From an uncultured Alphaproteobacteria bacterium (GTDB taxonomy: Bacteria > Pseudomonadota > Alphaproteobacteria > Rhizobiales > Rhizobiaceae), in the NCBI GenBank assembly GCA_963697325.1, contig CAVONR010000018.1, positions 81,833 to 145,832 of the forward strand: a stretch of 64,000 nt of DNA, read 5' to 3'. The position numbers and the translations under genes were made by a program. Below are positions 11,393 through 23,473 of this stretch, piece by piece (the first letter of the stretch is position 1; each line of letters opens with the position of its first letter). The notes under the pieces were generated by a model that made no database searches, had not been told where the DNA came from, and saw only the letters and a list, made by a program, of their open reading frames with translations.

Positions 11393-12076
11393 ATGACGTC
11401 GAGACACATACTGCTGGTCGATGACGATGACGGGCTGCGCGACGCGCTGACGGAGCAACTCTCCTTGTACGAGGAATTTGCGATCAGTTGCGAGGCAAGC
11501 GCGGCCAAGGGCATCCATGCAGCGCGCAACGGGCGCGTCGACCTGATGATCATGGATGTGGGCCTGCCGGACATGGACGGACGCGAGGCGGTAAAACTGC
11601 TGCGCAAGACAGGGTTCAAGGCGCCAATCATCATGCTGACCGGCCACGACACCGATTCGGACACGATCCTGGGCCTGGAGGCGGGCGCCAATGATTACGT
11701 GACCAAGCCGTTCCGTTTCGCCGTGCTGCTGGCCCGGGTGCGGGCGCAACTTCGCACGCATGAGCAAAGCGAGGACGCGGTTTTCACCGTCGGGCCCTAC
11801 ACCTTCAAGCCGGCGCAGAAGATGCTGGTGGAGGCCAATGGCGGCAAGGTGCGGCTGACCGAAAAGGAAACGGCCATCGTCAAGTATCTCTACCGCGCCG
11901 AGCAGAAGATCATCGGGCGGGACGAGCTGCTGGAACAGGTCTGGGGATACAATTCCGGCGTCACTACGCACACGCTGGAGACGCATATCTACCGGCTGCG
12001 CCAGAAGATCGAGAAGGACCCGTCGAACTCGCGGCTGCTCGTGACCGAAGGCGGCGGCTACAAGCTGGTCCCGTAA
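11393..12076 (+). CDS. OmpR/PhoB-type response regulator
   Basis: Receiver domain (HILLVDDDD.., MIMDVGLPDMDG, KP) plus a winged-helix output domain (LTEKETAIVKYL..THTLETHIYRLRQKIE). Start set at the ATG at 11393. Confidence 0.9.
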   Translation: MTSRHILLVDDDDGLRDALTEQLSLYEEFAISCEASAAKGIHAARNGRVDLMIMDVGLPDMDGREAVKLLRKTGFKAPIIMLTGHDTDSDTILGLEAGANDYVTKPFRFAVLLARVRAQLRTHEQSEDAVFTVGPYTFKPAQKMLVEANGGKVRLTEKETAIVKYLYRAEQKIIGRDELLEQVWGYNSGVTTHTLETHIYRLRQKIEKDPSNSRLLVTEGGGYKLVP

Positions 12077-12079
12077 GCG

Positions 12080-12958
12080 CTATTGCGCGAACTGCCGCCA
12101 GGCTTCGTCGCCATCGCAGACCAGATAGAGAAATCCGGAGGTCAGCGTCTTGCCGCCTTCCTTGATTCCGGTGCAGGAGCCGTCGTCCAGGTAGGCAAGG
12201 CCTTGCCTGCGCAGGGCAACGACCTGCGCCATGGTGTAGTCGGCATTTGGCTTTGAGGGCAGAACCTTCAGCCGCTTGTCCATCAACTCGGGTGTGAGCG
12301 TTTCGGGCTTGCCGGGCGTCGCCAGCGCCTGCGGCGCAGGCTCTGCGGCTGCCGGCACTGCCTTGACCGGCAGGGGCGACAGCGGGGGTGCACTCGCGAC
12401 AAGCTGCGTGGAGGCGGCCGGCATTTGCGGCAGCAAGGGCTCAGCGTCCCGGGCAGGTCCTTGCGGCCTGGTCGCAGCCTGGGCCGCCGGTTCGGCCGCC
12501 GGTTGGGCCGCAAGGGTGCGTTGGCGCGGCGATGGTTCGGGAACGGGAGGCCTGGTCAGCCGCTGTTTTGCGGCGGGCAGCTTTTCGCTCTCTTCCGGCG
12601 TTTGCGCGGCAGCAAGGTCAGCCGCCGCGTCGCCGGTGGAAATCATGGCGCGCGCAATCCACAGGGCCGGATTTTCCGGCAGGCTGGATGCATCGGCGCC
12701 GGGGAAATGCGCCGCGGCCGCCTCCCTGGTCATGTAGGGACCGACACGCGCGAAGGTGCCGCTGAACTCGAAGACCGGGACCATGCCGCCCGAGCCGACG
12801 GCTCCAGCCGCCACAGCGGGGCAGGACGGCTTTGGGCAGAGCCGCAGTTGAGGCGCTTTCGCGTTCAGTTGCGCCAGTGTAACCGCCCCCGCCTCGCCGG
12901 AATACGGAAGCATCGCGGCCATGGCTAGCGCCGTAACGGCCAAACAATCACGAACCAT
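12080..12958 (-). CDS. hypothetical secreted Pro/Ala-rich protein
   Basis: Signal-peptide-like start MVRDCLAVTALAMAAMLPYSGEAGA, a long P/A-rich middle and a Cys-containing C-terminal domain. No family recognised. Confidence 0.55.
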   Translation of the reverse strand: MVRDCLAVTALAMAAMLPYSGEAGAVTLAQLNAKAPQLRLCPKPSCPAVAAGAVGSGGMVPVFEFSGTFARVGPYMTREAAAAHFPGADASSLPENPALWIARAMISTGDAAADLAAAQTPEESEKLPAAKQRLTRPPVPEPSPRQRTLAAQPAAEPAAQAATRPQGPARDAEPLLPQMPAASTQLVASAPPLSPLPVKAVPAAAEPAPQALATPGKPETLTPELMDKRLKVLPSKPNADYTMAQVVALRRQGLAYLDDGSCTGIKEGGKTLTSGFLYLVCDGDEAWRQFAQ

Positions 12959-13148
12959 GCAGCCCCCCGGATGCGCAACCGGCATGAAATTGCGGCACAT
13001 GCCGCCAGATTGCAACCGGCGCAAGACCCGCCGGCCGGGAAGAGTTCATGACAAAGTCGCTTACAATACCTCAATTGCCGGAACAGGCCGGTTTACAACC
13101 TGTTTGGGCCGATTGACGAAACACAAGCGCAGGGGGATAGGTTGAAGC

Positions 13149-13634
13149 ATGTCGCTCGAAAACGATTTGCATCTCCTGTCGCGCGTCGAATTGTTCGCGG
13201 GCTTTCCGCCCGAGCAATTGCGCCTGCTGGCATTCGGCACGGAGCGCGAATTGCTGCGTGCCGGGCGCGAGCTTTTCAAGCAGGGCGACGTCAGTTCAGG
13301 CGGCTACGTCATCGCGGGCGGGCAGATCGATCTGGTGATCTATCGCGGCAGCCGGGAGGTGCTTCTGGATTCGCGCTACGAGGGGTCGTTGATCGGCGAA
13401 CTCGGGCTGATCACGCCGGCGCAGCGCACGACCAGTGCGGTGGCGCGCACCAACAGCGAGGCGATGTTCATTCCGCGCATGCTGTTCCACCGGATGCTCA
13501 ATGCATTTCCCGAAACGGCGGCCGTGCTGCACCAGCGGATTTCGCAATCGGTGCTGCAGATGCTGCAGCAGCTGGAAAAACTGCACGACACGATGGAATC
13601 GGCCCCGAGATTTCCGGCACGCAAGGAAGGCTGA
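13149..13634 (+). CDS. cyclic nucleotide-binding domain protein (Crp/Fnr-like, no HTH)
   Basis: Intact 161-aa ORF with a cNMP-binding fold signature (GDVSSGGYVIAGGQIDL..GELGLI..RTTSAVA). Confidence 0.75.
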   Translation: MSLENDLHLLSRVELFAGFPPEQLRLLAFGTERELLRAGRELFKQGDVSSGGYVIAGGQIDLVIYRGSREVLLDSRYEGSLIGELGLITPAQRTTSAVARTNSEAMFIPRMLFHRMLNAFPETAAVLHQRISQSVLQMLQQLEKLHDTMESAPRFPARKEG

Positions 13635-13637
13635 GGT

Positions 13638-14442
13638 TCAGTCGATGTCGAGGGTTACCATGACCGGAACATGGTCGGAGGGCTGCGTCCAGCCGCGTGC
13701 CTCGCGCAAGATGCTGTAGCTGGTGAGCCGGTCGGCAATGGCCGGCGCTGCCCAGACATGGTCCAGCCTGCGGCCGCGGTCCGCCTCCGCCCAGTCGCGT
13801 GCGCGGTAGCTCCACCAGGTGTAGACCTTGTCCTGCGGCGGCACGAGACGGCGCACCAGATCGCTCCAGCCGCCGCGCTCGTACAGGCGCGTCAGCCCTT
13901 CGGTCTCGACCGGCGTGTGGCTGACGACCTTCAGCAACTGCTTGTGCGACCAGACGTCGTTTTCGAGCGGCGCGATGTTGAGATCGCCGACCAGTATCGA
14001 GGGAATGCCGTTCTCCATCGGCCGGGAGGTCGTGCATCTCCTCGATGAAGCGCAGCTTGTGGTCGAACTTGGCATTGATCGTGACGTCGGGTTCGTCGCC
14101 GCCGGCCGGAACATAGAAATTGTGCAGGCGAACGGTCTGACCGCCGGCCTTGAAATAGGCTTTCACATGGCGGCAGTCGCCCATGTTGCAGAAATCGCGG
14201 GAACGGCTTTCGAGGATTGGCCGGCGCGAGATGATGGCGACGCCGTGATAGCCCTTCTGGCCGTGCACCGCCTGATGCTCATAGCCAAGCTTGCGAAACG
14301 CCTTGCCGGGAAACTCGTCGTTCTGGCACTTGATTTCCTGCAGGCACAGGATGTCCGGCTGGTGATCCTCCAGGAATTTCTCGACGAGCCCCTGCCGCAG
14401 GCGCACGGAATTGATGTTCCAGGTGGCGATCGAAAGCGGCAT
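13638..14442 (-). pseudogene. xthA: exodeoxyribonuclease III, one frameshift
   Basis: The N-terminal piece reads MPLSIATWNINSVRLR..LCLQEIK and the C-terminal piece VGDLNIAP..SDHVPVMVTLDID*. The junction is near 14010. Confidence 0.9.
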
Positions 14443-14554
14443 TGGCGCGTGGGTTCCATCTTCAGGGCGTCAACGCCCGAAAATGGGAGACAATCAGCGC
14501 GCAGCGCAAGTGTTGATATCGGCTCGCCGCCGGCGGTCCACCGGTAAAGCGGGT

Positions 14555-15226
14555 TCAGCCGCGGTTCTTGGCGTCGGACTGGCCGCGGCGGATTTCCAGT
14601 TCGTTGAACTCGAAAAGCTTCGCCGGAATCGCGACATTCTTCTGCGACGTTGAAGACCATCACCGACGTCTCCTTGCCCTTGGGATCCTTGATGGTCCAC
14701 TGGCGCAGGTCGAAGGTTGCCGGGTCGAACATCAAGGTGATCACCGCATTGCCGAAAACGCTGTCGTCGCCCATCACGATGGTGGTCAGGTCCGGCTCGG
14801 CTATGACGTCGCGGATGGTCTTGTCGGCAACGGTTGATCTTGTCCGACAGCAGCAGCTTCAGCGGCGTCTTGTCGAGAGCGGATAGAAATCCCAGGTCTT
14901 CAGCTTGCTGTTGTGGACCACAACGGTCTTGCCGTTGGAGATGACCTCGACGGCGGCGGGCTTTTCGTAGTTGAAGCGGATCTTGCCGGGACGCTCGATG
15001 TAGAACATGCCGCCGGTCTGCTCGCCATTGGGCCCGAACTGCACGAACTCGCCCTTCATCGTCGGCACCGAGGCGAAATGCCGGCTGAGCTGTGCAGACG
15101 GTCTCTTCCTTGGCGGCCTGCGCCTGCGCCAGCGAAGGGACGACGCAGCGTTGCAGCAATGCGCGAAGAGCGCCATGCCTTGCCGCAGCGTTGAACCGCC
15201 GTGAACAGATCGATCAGCCTTCGCAT
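14555..15226 (-). pseudogene. LolA-like outer-membrane lipoprotein carrier family protein, several frameshifts
   Basis: Pieces in three frames (MRRLIDLF.., MKGEFVQFGPNGEQTGGMFYIERPGKIRFNYEKP.., VMGDDSVFGNAVITLMFDPATFDLRQWTIKDPKGKETSVMVFNV..). The stop TGA is at 14555-14557. Confidence 0.6.
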
Positions 15227-15320
15227 GCCGGCATCCTTTGTCTTGCTCTTGTTCGGCGGCCTTGCCTGCCGCGGCTGGTGCCCGCTTCCTATGTCGGAAT
15301 GATGGCGGGCCGCTGCCCCG

Positions 15321-18028
15321 CTAGATGGTCTCGTTCTCGCCCGGCACCAGGATCTCGCGCTTGCCGGCATGGTTGGCCGGGCCGACGATGCCTTCCTTCT
15401 CCATCCGCTCGATCATCGAGGCGGCGCGGTTGTAGCCGATGCCGAGCCGGCGCTGGATGTAGCTGGTCGAGGCCTTGCGGTCGCGCAGCACGACGGCGAC
15501 GGCCTGGTCGTAGAGATCGTTCGAATTCGGAAAGTTCCAGCGTGCCGGCCGGTCCGCCCGCACAGCCGTCCTCGCCGTCCTCGTCCTCCTCGGTGATGGC
15601 TTCGAGATATTCCGGCGCGCCCTGCGTCTTCAGGTGGGCGACGACCTCCTCGACCTCGTCGTCGGCGACGAAGGGTCCGTGGACGCGCTGGATGCGCCCG
15701 CCGCCGGCCATGTAGAGCATGTCGCCCATGCCGAGCAGCTGCTCGGCGCCCTGTTCGCCGAGGATGGTGCGGCTGTCGATCTTGGACGTGACCTGGAAGG
15801 AGATGCGGGTCGGGAAGTTGGCCTTGATCGTGCCGGTGATGACGTCGACCGACGGGCGCTGCGTCGCCATGATGACGTGGATGCCGGCGGCGCGCGCCAT
15901 CTGCGCCAGGCGCTGCACCGCGCCTTCGATGTCCTTGCCGGCGACCATCATCAGGTCGGCCATTTCGTCGATGATGACGACGATGAAGGGCATCGGCGCG
16001 AGGTCGAGCTCCTCGGTCTCGTAGATCGCCTCGCCGGTCTGCGCGGTCGAAGCCGGTCTGCACGGTGCGGGTGAGCGCTCGCCCTTCTTCTTGCGCCTGC
16101 TCGACGCGCGCGTTGAAGCCGTCGATGTTGCGCACGCCGAGCTTCGACATCTTGCGGTAGCGGTCTTCCATCTCGCGCACGGTCCATTTCAGCGCGACGA
16201 CGGCCTTCTTCGGATCGGTGACGACGGGCGTGAGCAGATGCGGAATGCCGTCATAGACCGACAGTTCCAGCATCTTCGGGTCGATCATGATCAGCCGGCA
16301 CCTGTTCCGGCGTCAGCCGGTAGAGCAGCGACAGGATCATGGTGTTGATCGCGACCGACTTGCCCGAGCCGGTGGTGCCGGCGACGAGCAGATGCGGCAT
16401 CTTGGCGAGGTCGGCGATCACCGGCTCGCCGCCGATGGTCTTGCCGAGCGCCAGCGCGAGCCTTGGCCTTGGTGCTCTCGAAGTCCTTGCTGGCGAGCAG
16501 TTCGCGCAGATAGACGGTCTCGCGGCGCGCGTTGGGCAGTTCGATGCCGATGGCGTTGCGGCCGGGCACGACGGCGACGCGGCAGGCGATGGCGCTCATC
16601 GAGCGGGCGATGTCGTCGGCAAGGCCGATGACGCGCGACGACTTGATGCCGGGCGCCGGCTCGAGCTCGTAGAGCGTGACGACCGGGCCGGGGCGGACAT
16701 TGATGATCTCGCCCTGACGCCGAAATCCTCCAGCACGCCTTCGAGCAGCCGGGCGTTCTGCTCCAGCGCCTCCGTGGAAAGGGTTGCGTCGCGGCCGACC
16801 GCCTTGGCCTCGGCCAGCAGGTGCAGCGAGGGCAGTTCGAAGATCCCGCTGCCGATCAAGGAGCCTGCGCTTCGCGCGCGACGCGGCTGCCGGGCTGCAA
16901 TTTCTGCTTCATCGGCTGCACGAGCGCCGGCTTGTGCGCGGCCGTGCTGGCTCGCGGCAGGCCTTGGCGCCGGCTCGAATGCCTCCTCCTCCTCGTCGTC
17001 GTAGATTTCCTCGCCATAGCCGGGGGCCATGTCGGGCGCGCGCAGATAGTCCGGATCATCATCCTCGCCCGCGCCGGGATCGTCCATGTCGAAATGCGGA
17101 TCGGGGTCCGAATGGTGCGCGGGCGCGCCGAAGCCCGGCTCGCGCCTGCCCGCCGGCGTGAAATTCTCCAGACCATCGTCCGGGGGGCTGACGAGCTCGG
17201 CCCAGAGCTTGCGGGCGCGGGCCAGCATTCCGGGCTTCTCGCGGGGTCCTGCGTGCATTTCCCCGCCACGCACGCGCGCTGTTGCGTGCTGGCCACCCTG
17301 CCTGCGGCGCATCTGCGCGCGAAACAGGTAATACCAATGAGTCAGCGCGCCGAGCACGACGCCCGCCTCGTCGTCGTCCTCGTCGATGATCTCGCCGGTC
17401 TCGGGGTCGTAGATCAGATCGCCCGAGTTGGAGCTGCGCACGATCAGGCCTGCCGCGAACAGGGTCAGCAGCAGCGAGACCACGGCGAATACACAGGATG
17501 AACGGCGTGGCGAGGATGCCGGATGGATAGTGGCCGATCAGCGTTGCGGGAATCTTCAGGACGAGATCGCCGGCAACGCCGCCAAGGCCGGTCGGCAACG
17601 GCCAGGTTTCGGGCCGCCCGAAGCAGCCAAGCGCCGCCGCCGCAAGGATCGTCGCCGGAAGCCAGGCGATCAGGCGCGATTTCATGCGGTAGATCGGCCG
17701 CTGGACGATCTTCAGCCAGGCCCAGCCGGCCGGAACGACGAGGAACACGACGCTGGCAAGTCCGGTGAACTGCATCAGGAGGTCGGCGATGCGTGCTGCC
17801 GATGAAGCCGCCGGCATTGTGGGGGATATTGGAATTGGCGTTGGAAAGGCTCGGATCGTCGACCGACCAGGTCGCAAGGCTGGCAAAGCAGAATGCGACG
17901 CCGGCCATGATGGCGAGGCCCGCGAGCACGCCGAGCTGTCCGCTGAGCCATCCGGCGCTGCCGGTCCTGCCGGACGAGCCCCGTTCGTAACCTGCCCGGG
18001 GTCCGGGGGAAATCTGGCTGATCTGCAT
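15321..18028 (-). pseudogene. ftsK: DNA translocase FtsK, many frameshifts
   Basis: An N-terminal membrane segment, then the motor domain split over at least 6 ORF pieces ([14 protein letters not shown]-type Walker A region, [22 protein letters not shown]). The gamma domain reads [31 protein letters not shown] and ends at 15321. Confidence 0.9.
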
Positions 18029-18093
18029 GCCCTGCTCCGCATTGCCGTGGCCGGGGCATGGTTCGCCCCGGGTGAGAACCTAAGCGGGGAAGG

Positions 18094-18108
18094 TTAAGGG
18101 CCTGTTAA
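18094..18108. promoter_or_regulatory. CtrA-box-like motif TTAA-N7-TTAA(C)
   Basis: TTAAGGGCCTGTTAAC lies 66-80 nt upstream of the ftsK start. A single site identified by motif match only. Confidence 0.3.
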
Positions 18109-18320
18109 CCATGGACGAAACCTTGCGGGTGTCATGACCGCGAACAAAAAAGGGCCCGGAAGAATCCGGGCCCAGTTCGTGGAACGCAGGCGTTCCGACG
18201 GGAGCAAGACCGGCGCCCGCGGGCGCCGGAAGCCGATCAGCTGTGGTAGGCGGCTTCGCCATGCGAGGTGAGGTCGAGGCCGGTCGCGCTCGGCTTCACG
18301 CGAGACGCGCAGGCCGAAGA

Positions 18321-19613
18321 TCACTTCACGATCATGTAAGGCATGATCGAGACGATGCCGCACCAGACGATCGTGACGAGCACGGCCTGGATCTGGATCA
18401 TGGTCTGGCCGGCGATGGAGTAGTCGTCGTCCCTTGACGCCGCCCAGCGACGCCGCGGAGAAGATGCCGGTGCCGATCGCGCCGACGATGCCGCCGACGC
18501 CGTGGATGCCGAACACGTCGAGGCTGTCGTCGTAGCCGAAGCTTGTTCTTCACGGTGGAGACGAAGAAGTAGCAGACGACGCTGGCGATCGCGCCGAGCA
18601 CGATGGCGCCGACCGGGCCGACGGTGCCGGCCGCCGGCGTGACCGCGACGAGGCCGGCGACCAGGCCCGACGCCGCGCCGAGCATCGATGCCTTGCCGCG
18701 AAGCGATGGCTTCGAGCGCCGCCCAGGCGATGATCGCGCCCGCCGTGGCGGTGAAGGTGTTGATCATCGCCAGCGCCGCGCCGCCGTTGGCTTCGAGGTT
18801 CGAGCCGGCGTTGAAGCCGAACCAGCCGACCCACAGCATCGACGCGCCGACCATGGTGAAGGTCATGTTGTGCGGCGCCATGATGTCCTTGCCGAAGCCG
18901 ATCGCGCTTGCCGATCATGATCGCGCCGACCAGGCCGGCGATGCCGGCATTGATGTGAACGACCGTGCCGCCGGCGAAGTCGAGCGCGCCGAGCCTGAAG
19001 AGGTAGCCGTTGGCGTCCCAGACCATGTGGGCGATCGGGAAGTAGACGAAGGTGACCCAGAGCACGACGAAGAGCGATCACGGCCGAGAACTTGATGCGC
19101 TCGGCGAAGGCGCCGACGATCAGCGCCGGCGTGATGCAGGCGAAGGTCATCTGGAAGCAGATGAAGACATATTCGGGAATGACGACGCCGCCGAGAAGGT
19201 CGCCGATTCCGAGCTCATCGTGACGCCGGCGAGGAACATCTTGGCCGATGCCGCCCCACCACGGGCTGTCGCCGCCGCCGAAGGCGAAGCGAGTAGCCGT
19301 AGACGACCCAGATGACGATCACGACCGCGGTGATCATCATGCACTGCATCAGCACGGAGAGCATGTTCTTGGCGCGCACGAGGCCGCCGTAGAACAGCGC
19401 CAGGCCCGGCAGGATCATGAACAGCACGAGCATCGTCGAGATGATCATGCAGGCGGTGTCGCCCTTGTCCATGGTGTCGGCGACCGCGGCCGCGGCATCG
19501 GCTGCCGGCGCCTCGACGGCCGGCGCGGTTTCCTGCGCGAAGGCGATCGCGCCAGACAGCAGCGTTGCCGCGCCGCCCAGCGCACGTGAAGTCTTCAGAA
19601 GTCGGTTCAACAT
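18321..19613 (-). pseudogene. amtB: ammonium transporter AmtB, several frameshifts
   Basis: Signal peptide plus the AmtB core in several frames (DTACMIISTMLVLFMILPGLALFYGGL.., [16 protein letters not shown].., [18 protein letters not shown]). Lies directly downstream of glnK. Confidence 0.9.
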
Positions 19614-19641
19614 TTGCGGTAATCCCTGATTTCTTGAGCGC

Positions 19642-19980
<339 letters not shown>

Positions 19981-20071
19981 TCAAACACCCATTCAATATG
20001 GGGGAGCAGACAACTCCCGATTGCGTTCAGGCCGGGAACAATATTTCCCCGCCCGGCCAGGCAATCGTGCA

Positions 20072-20087
20072 TTCAAGCCCCGTGCCA
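20072..20087 (-). promoter_or_regulatory. candidate sigma-54 promoter (TGGCAC-N5-TTGA) for glnK-amtB
   Basis: The minus strand reads TGGCACGGGGCTTGAA about 95 nt upstream of the glnK ATG. The -12 element is imperfect (GA instead of GC). Confidence 0.35.
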
Positions 20088-20228
20088 GTCGCAACGCAGC
20101 TGCGGCAAGCAACTGAAATCTTTAGGATTTGTTAGGCAATTGGCGCAAAGGCGAGCGGATTGCGCATTGGTGCAGCGACCATAACTGCACAAGGATTATG
20201 CAATTTTGCAAAAATGCCGATTTTTAGG

Positions 20229-21119
20229 CTATGCTCCCGGCTGTTCCTTGCGCACGCGAATAAGGCCTTCCTGGGCCACGGACGCGATGAGGCGTGCCGT
20301 CGCGCGCATAGATCATGCCGCGGTTGAAGCCGCGGGCGCCCGCGGCGCTGGGGCTGTCCTGCGTGTAGAGGAGCCATTCGTCCATGTCGACCGGCCGGTG
20401 AAACCACATCGCATGGTCGAGGCTCGCGCCCTGCAGCTTCGGATCGAACACCGAGGTGCCATGGGCGAACAGGCAGGTGTCGAGCAGCGTCATGTCGGAG
20501 GCATAGGCCAGCACCGCGGCCTGTACGGCAGGGTCCTCCGGCAGCGGACCGGTGGCGCGGAACCAGATGTTCTGCCTCGGCTCCAGCTTCTCGCGCGAGA
20601 AATAGTGCTCGAGGTCGACCGGCCGCAGCTCGATCGGCCGGTCGCGCTGCCAGTAGCGGCGCACGTTTTCCGGCGCATGGTCGATGAACTGCTCGGCAAG
20701 CTGCTTCTCGCTCGGCAGGTCCTCGGGCATCGGCACGGCCGGCATGGCGATCTGAGTGCTCGAGGCCCTGCTCGTCGATCTGGAAGGAGGCCAGCAGCGA
20801 AAAGATCGCCTGTCCGTGCTGGATCGCGACGACACTGCGGGTGGTGAAGCTGCCGCCGTCGCGCAGTGCGGTCGACCTCGTAGATGATCGGCACCGCCGG
20901 GTCGCCGGGCCGCATGAAATAGCAATGCAGCGAATGCACCTGCCGGTCCGCTTCGACGGTGCGCTGCGCCGCGACCAGCGCCTGGCCGATCACCTGCCCG
21001 CCGAACACGCGCTGCCAGCCGACCTGCGGGCTCATGCCGCGATACAGGTTCTTCTCCAGCGTTTCCAGATCGAGGGTGTGCAGGAGGGTTTCGACGGCAT
21101 TGGACTTTGGCGCAGTCAT
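20229..21119 (-). pseudogene. tesB: acyl-CoA thioesterase II, frameshifted
   Basis: N-terminal MTAPKSNAVETLLHTLDLE..NLYRG..FGGQVIGQAL..HSLHCYFMRPGD, with later pieces in other frames. The end is restored as ..LIASVAQEGLIRVRKEQPGA* with the stop at 20229-20231. Confidence 0.85.
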
Positions 21120-21207
21120 TGCGGCTCCGGAAACGGCGGCGGTGCGGCGACACGATCAATGGCGCCGCGCCATGCCATATGCTAGCCGTGAGCCGAAAGG
21201 AACCGCA

Positions 21208-22499
21208 ATGGCAAACGAACGCATGGACAGTTCCATCGACAATGCGAACAATGCCGGCGAAGCATCCGCGCGCGCCGGCGACCTTCTGATCGCCGGCGGC
21301 GGTTATGTCGGGCTGTGCGTGGCGCTGGCCGTCAAGGTCTCGGCGCCGCACCTTGGTGTCACGGTCGTCGATCTTGCGCCAGCGGACGCCGCCGTCAACG
21401 ACACGCGCGCCTCGGCGATCGCGGCGGCGGCGAGCCGCATGCTCGAACAGCTGGGCGTTTGGCAGCAGCTTGCCGCCGATGCGCAGCCGATCAACGAGAT
21501 GATCGTGACCGACAGCCGGCTCAACGATCCCGTCCGGCCGGTATTCCTCACCTTCGCCGACGAGCCGACGGCCGGCGGGCGCCCGGCGAGCCCTTCGCGC
21601 ACATGATCGCCAACCGCGACCTCGTCACCGTGCTGCGGCGGCGTGCGAGGAGGAGGGCGTCGAGCTTCTCAACAACGAGCGGGTCACCGGATTTTCGCAC
21701 GGGCGAAGCGGCGATGCATGTGACGCTCGGCTCGGGCGGCACGCGCGACGTCAAGCTGCTGGTCGCCGCCGACGGCGTGCGCTCGCAGTTGCGCGAGCTT
21801 GCCGGCATCAGCACCGTGCACTGGCCCTACGGCCAGTCCGGCATCGTCGTGACGGTCAAGCACGAGCGGCGAGCATCACGGGCGGGCCGAGGAGCATTTC
21901 CTGCCGGCCGGTCCGTTCGCGATCCTGCCGCTGAAGGGCAACCGCTCCTCGCTCGTCTGGACCGAGCGCACCGACGACGCCGAACGGCTGCTGGAGGCGG
22001 ACGAGTTCACCTTCGAGGCTGGAGCTGGAGCGCCGCTTCGGCCACAAGCTCGGCGAGATTTCGGTCGAGGGCAAGCCGCGCGCCTATCCGCTCGGCCTGA
22101 CGCTGGCGCGCGACTTTGTGCGCGAGCGTTTCGCGCTGGCGGGCGATGCCGCGCATGGCATCCACCCGATCGCCGGACAGGGCCTCAATCTCGGCTTCAA
22201 GGACGCCGCGGCGCTGGCGGAGACCATCGTCGAGGCCGACCGGCTCGGCCTCGACATCGGCTCGCTGGCGGTGCTGGAGCGCTACGAGCGCTGGCGGCGC
22301 TTCGACACGGTGCGCATGGGCGTCATCACGGACGTGCTCAACCGGCTGTTCTCCAACGACAATCCGCTGGTGCGCGCGGCGCGCAGCTTCGGGCTGGGCG
22401 TCGTCGACCGCATGCCGGGGCTGAAGAAGCAGTTCATCAACCAGGCGGCGGGGCGCGAAAGCGGTTCCGCCAAGGCTGCTGCAGGGCGAGCCGATCTGA
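21208..22499 (+). pseudogene. UbiH/UbiF/VisC/COQ6-family FAD-dependent hydroxylase, frameshifted
   Basis: FAD motif LLIAGGGYVGLCVA and DAAHGIHPIAGQGLNLG are present. At least 3 frame changes are needed. The likely true end is ..RLLQGEPI* at 22499. Confidence 0.8.
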
Positions 22500-22505
22500 A
22501 CGGGC

Positions 22506-22712
22506 TCAGGGCCGGCCTTCATGGTCTTCGAGCTGGCGCGCCTCGGAAGCCAGCATGATCGGAATGCCGCCGCGCACCGGATAGGCGAGGCGCGCGGCGC
22601 GCGAGACCAGTTCCTGCTTTTCGCGGTCGTAATGCAGCACCGAGCGTGTCAGCGGACAGACCAGCATTTCCAGAAGCTTCGGATCGGTCTCGTGGCCGTC
22701 GGTCTTGCGCAT
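22506..22712 (-). CDS. Trm112-family protein
   Basis: 68-aa ORF containing [16 protein letters not shown]....GIPIML, typical of Trm112/YbaR. Confidence 0.78.
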   Translation of the reverse strand: MRKTDGHETDPKLLEMLVCPLTRSVLHYDREKQELVSRAARLAYPVRGGIPIMLASEARQLEDHEGRP

Positions 22713-22723
22713 GGCGGCAAGTG

Positions 22724-23407
22724 CTACTGGATGCGCGAGCCCGGCTCGTCGGAGCCGCGCGCAAGAGCGATCTCGGTGATGGCGATCAGCGTTTCGGCGC
22801 GGGTGCGCAGGTCGCTGGCTTCGAGCAGCGCCTGTTTTTCCGCCGGGCCATAGGGGCTCATCATGCACAGGGCGGTGACCAGCGAGCCGTTGGAGGCGCG
22901 CTTGATGCTGTCCCAGTCGGCTTCCATGTTGTTGGCCTTGAGGTATTTGCGGAAGGTCTCGAGCAGGCTGCCGCGGTCCACCGCCCTGCCGGCGTCGTCC
23001 TCTTCCAGATCGTCGGCAAGAATTTCGACCCGCGCCCGGCGATAGCCGCGCAGTGTGACTTCCTCGCCCACGATGCGATAGCGGGCCACTCCGGACAGAT
23101 TGATGAGGTAGCGCCCGTCGCCGCTTTCCTGGAACGCGGTGATGCGGCCAAGGCATCCAAGCTCGCACAGGGCAGGGCCGGATGGTCCGTCGGCGACCTG
23201 TTCGGCGCCGAGCGCGGATTTGGGCTGCACCATCCCGATGAGGCGGTCGCCGCACAGCGCGTCATCGATCATGGCGAGGTAGCGCGGCTCGAAGATGTTG
23301 AGGGGCATCTGGCCTCCGGGGAGGAGAAGGGCCCCGGAGAGCGGGAAGACCGGAACGATGGCCGGGATGTCTGCGGGCGTTGAATAACTGGCGTTGCCGG
23401 CTTTCAT
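22724..23407 (-). CDS. LON peptidase substrate-binding (Lon N-terminal) domain protein
   Basis: Intact 227-aa ORF with [26 protein letters not shown], characteristic of the LON N-terminal domain. Confidence 0.85.
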   Translation of the reverse strand: MKAGNASYSTPADIPAIVPVFPLSGALLLPGGQMPLNIFEPRYLAMIDDALCGDRLIGMVQPKSALGAEQVADGPSGPALCELGCLGRITAFQESGDGRYLINLSGVARYRIVGEEVTLRGYRRARVEILADDLEEDDAGRAVDRGSLLETFRKYLKANNMEADWDSIKRASNGSLVTALCMMSPYGPAEKQALLEASDLRTRAETLIAITEIALARGSDEPGSRIQ

Positions 23408-23473
23408 CTATGGTCTCCTTGGCCGGCCCCTCATGGCCGGCGAGAGCCTAATCTGGCGCAAGCGCGGCAAAAC

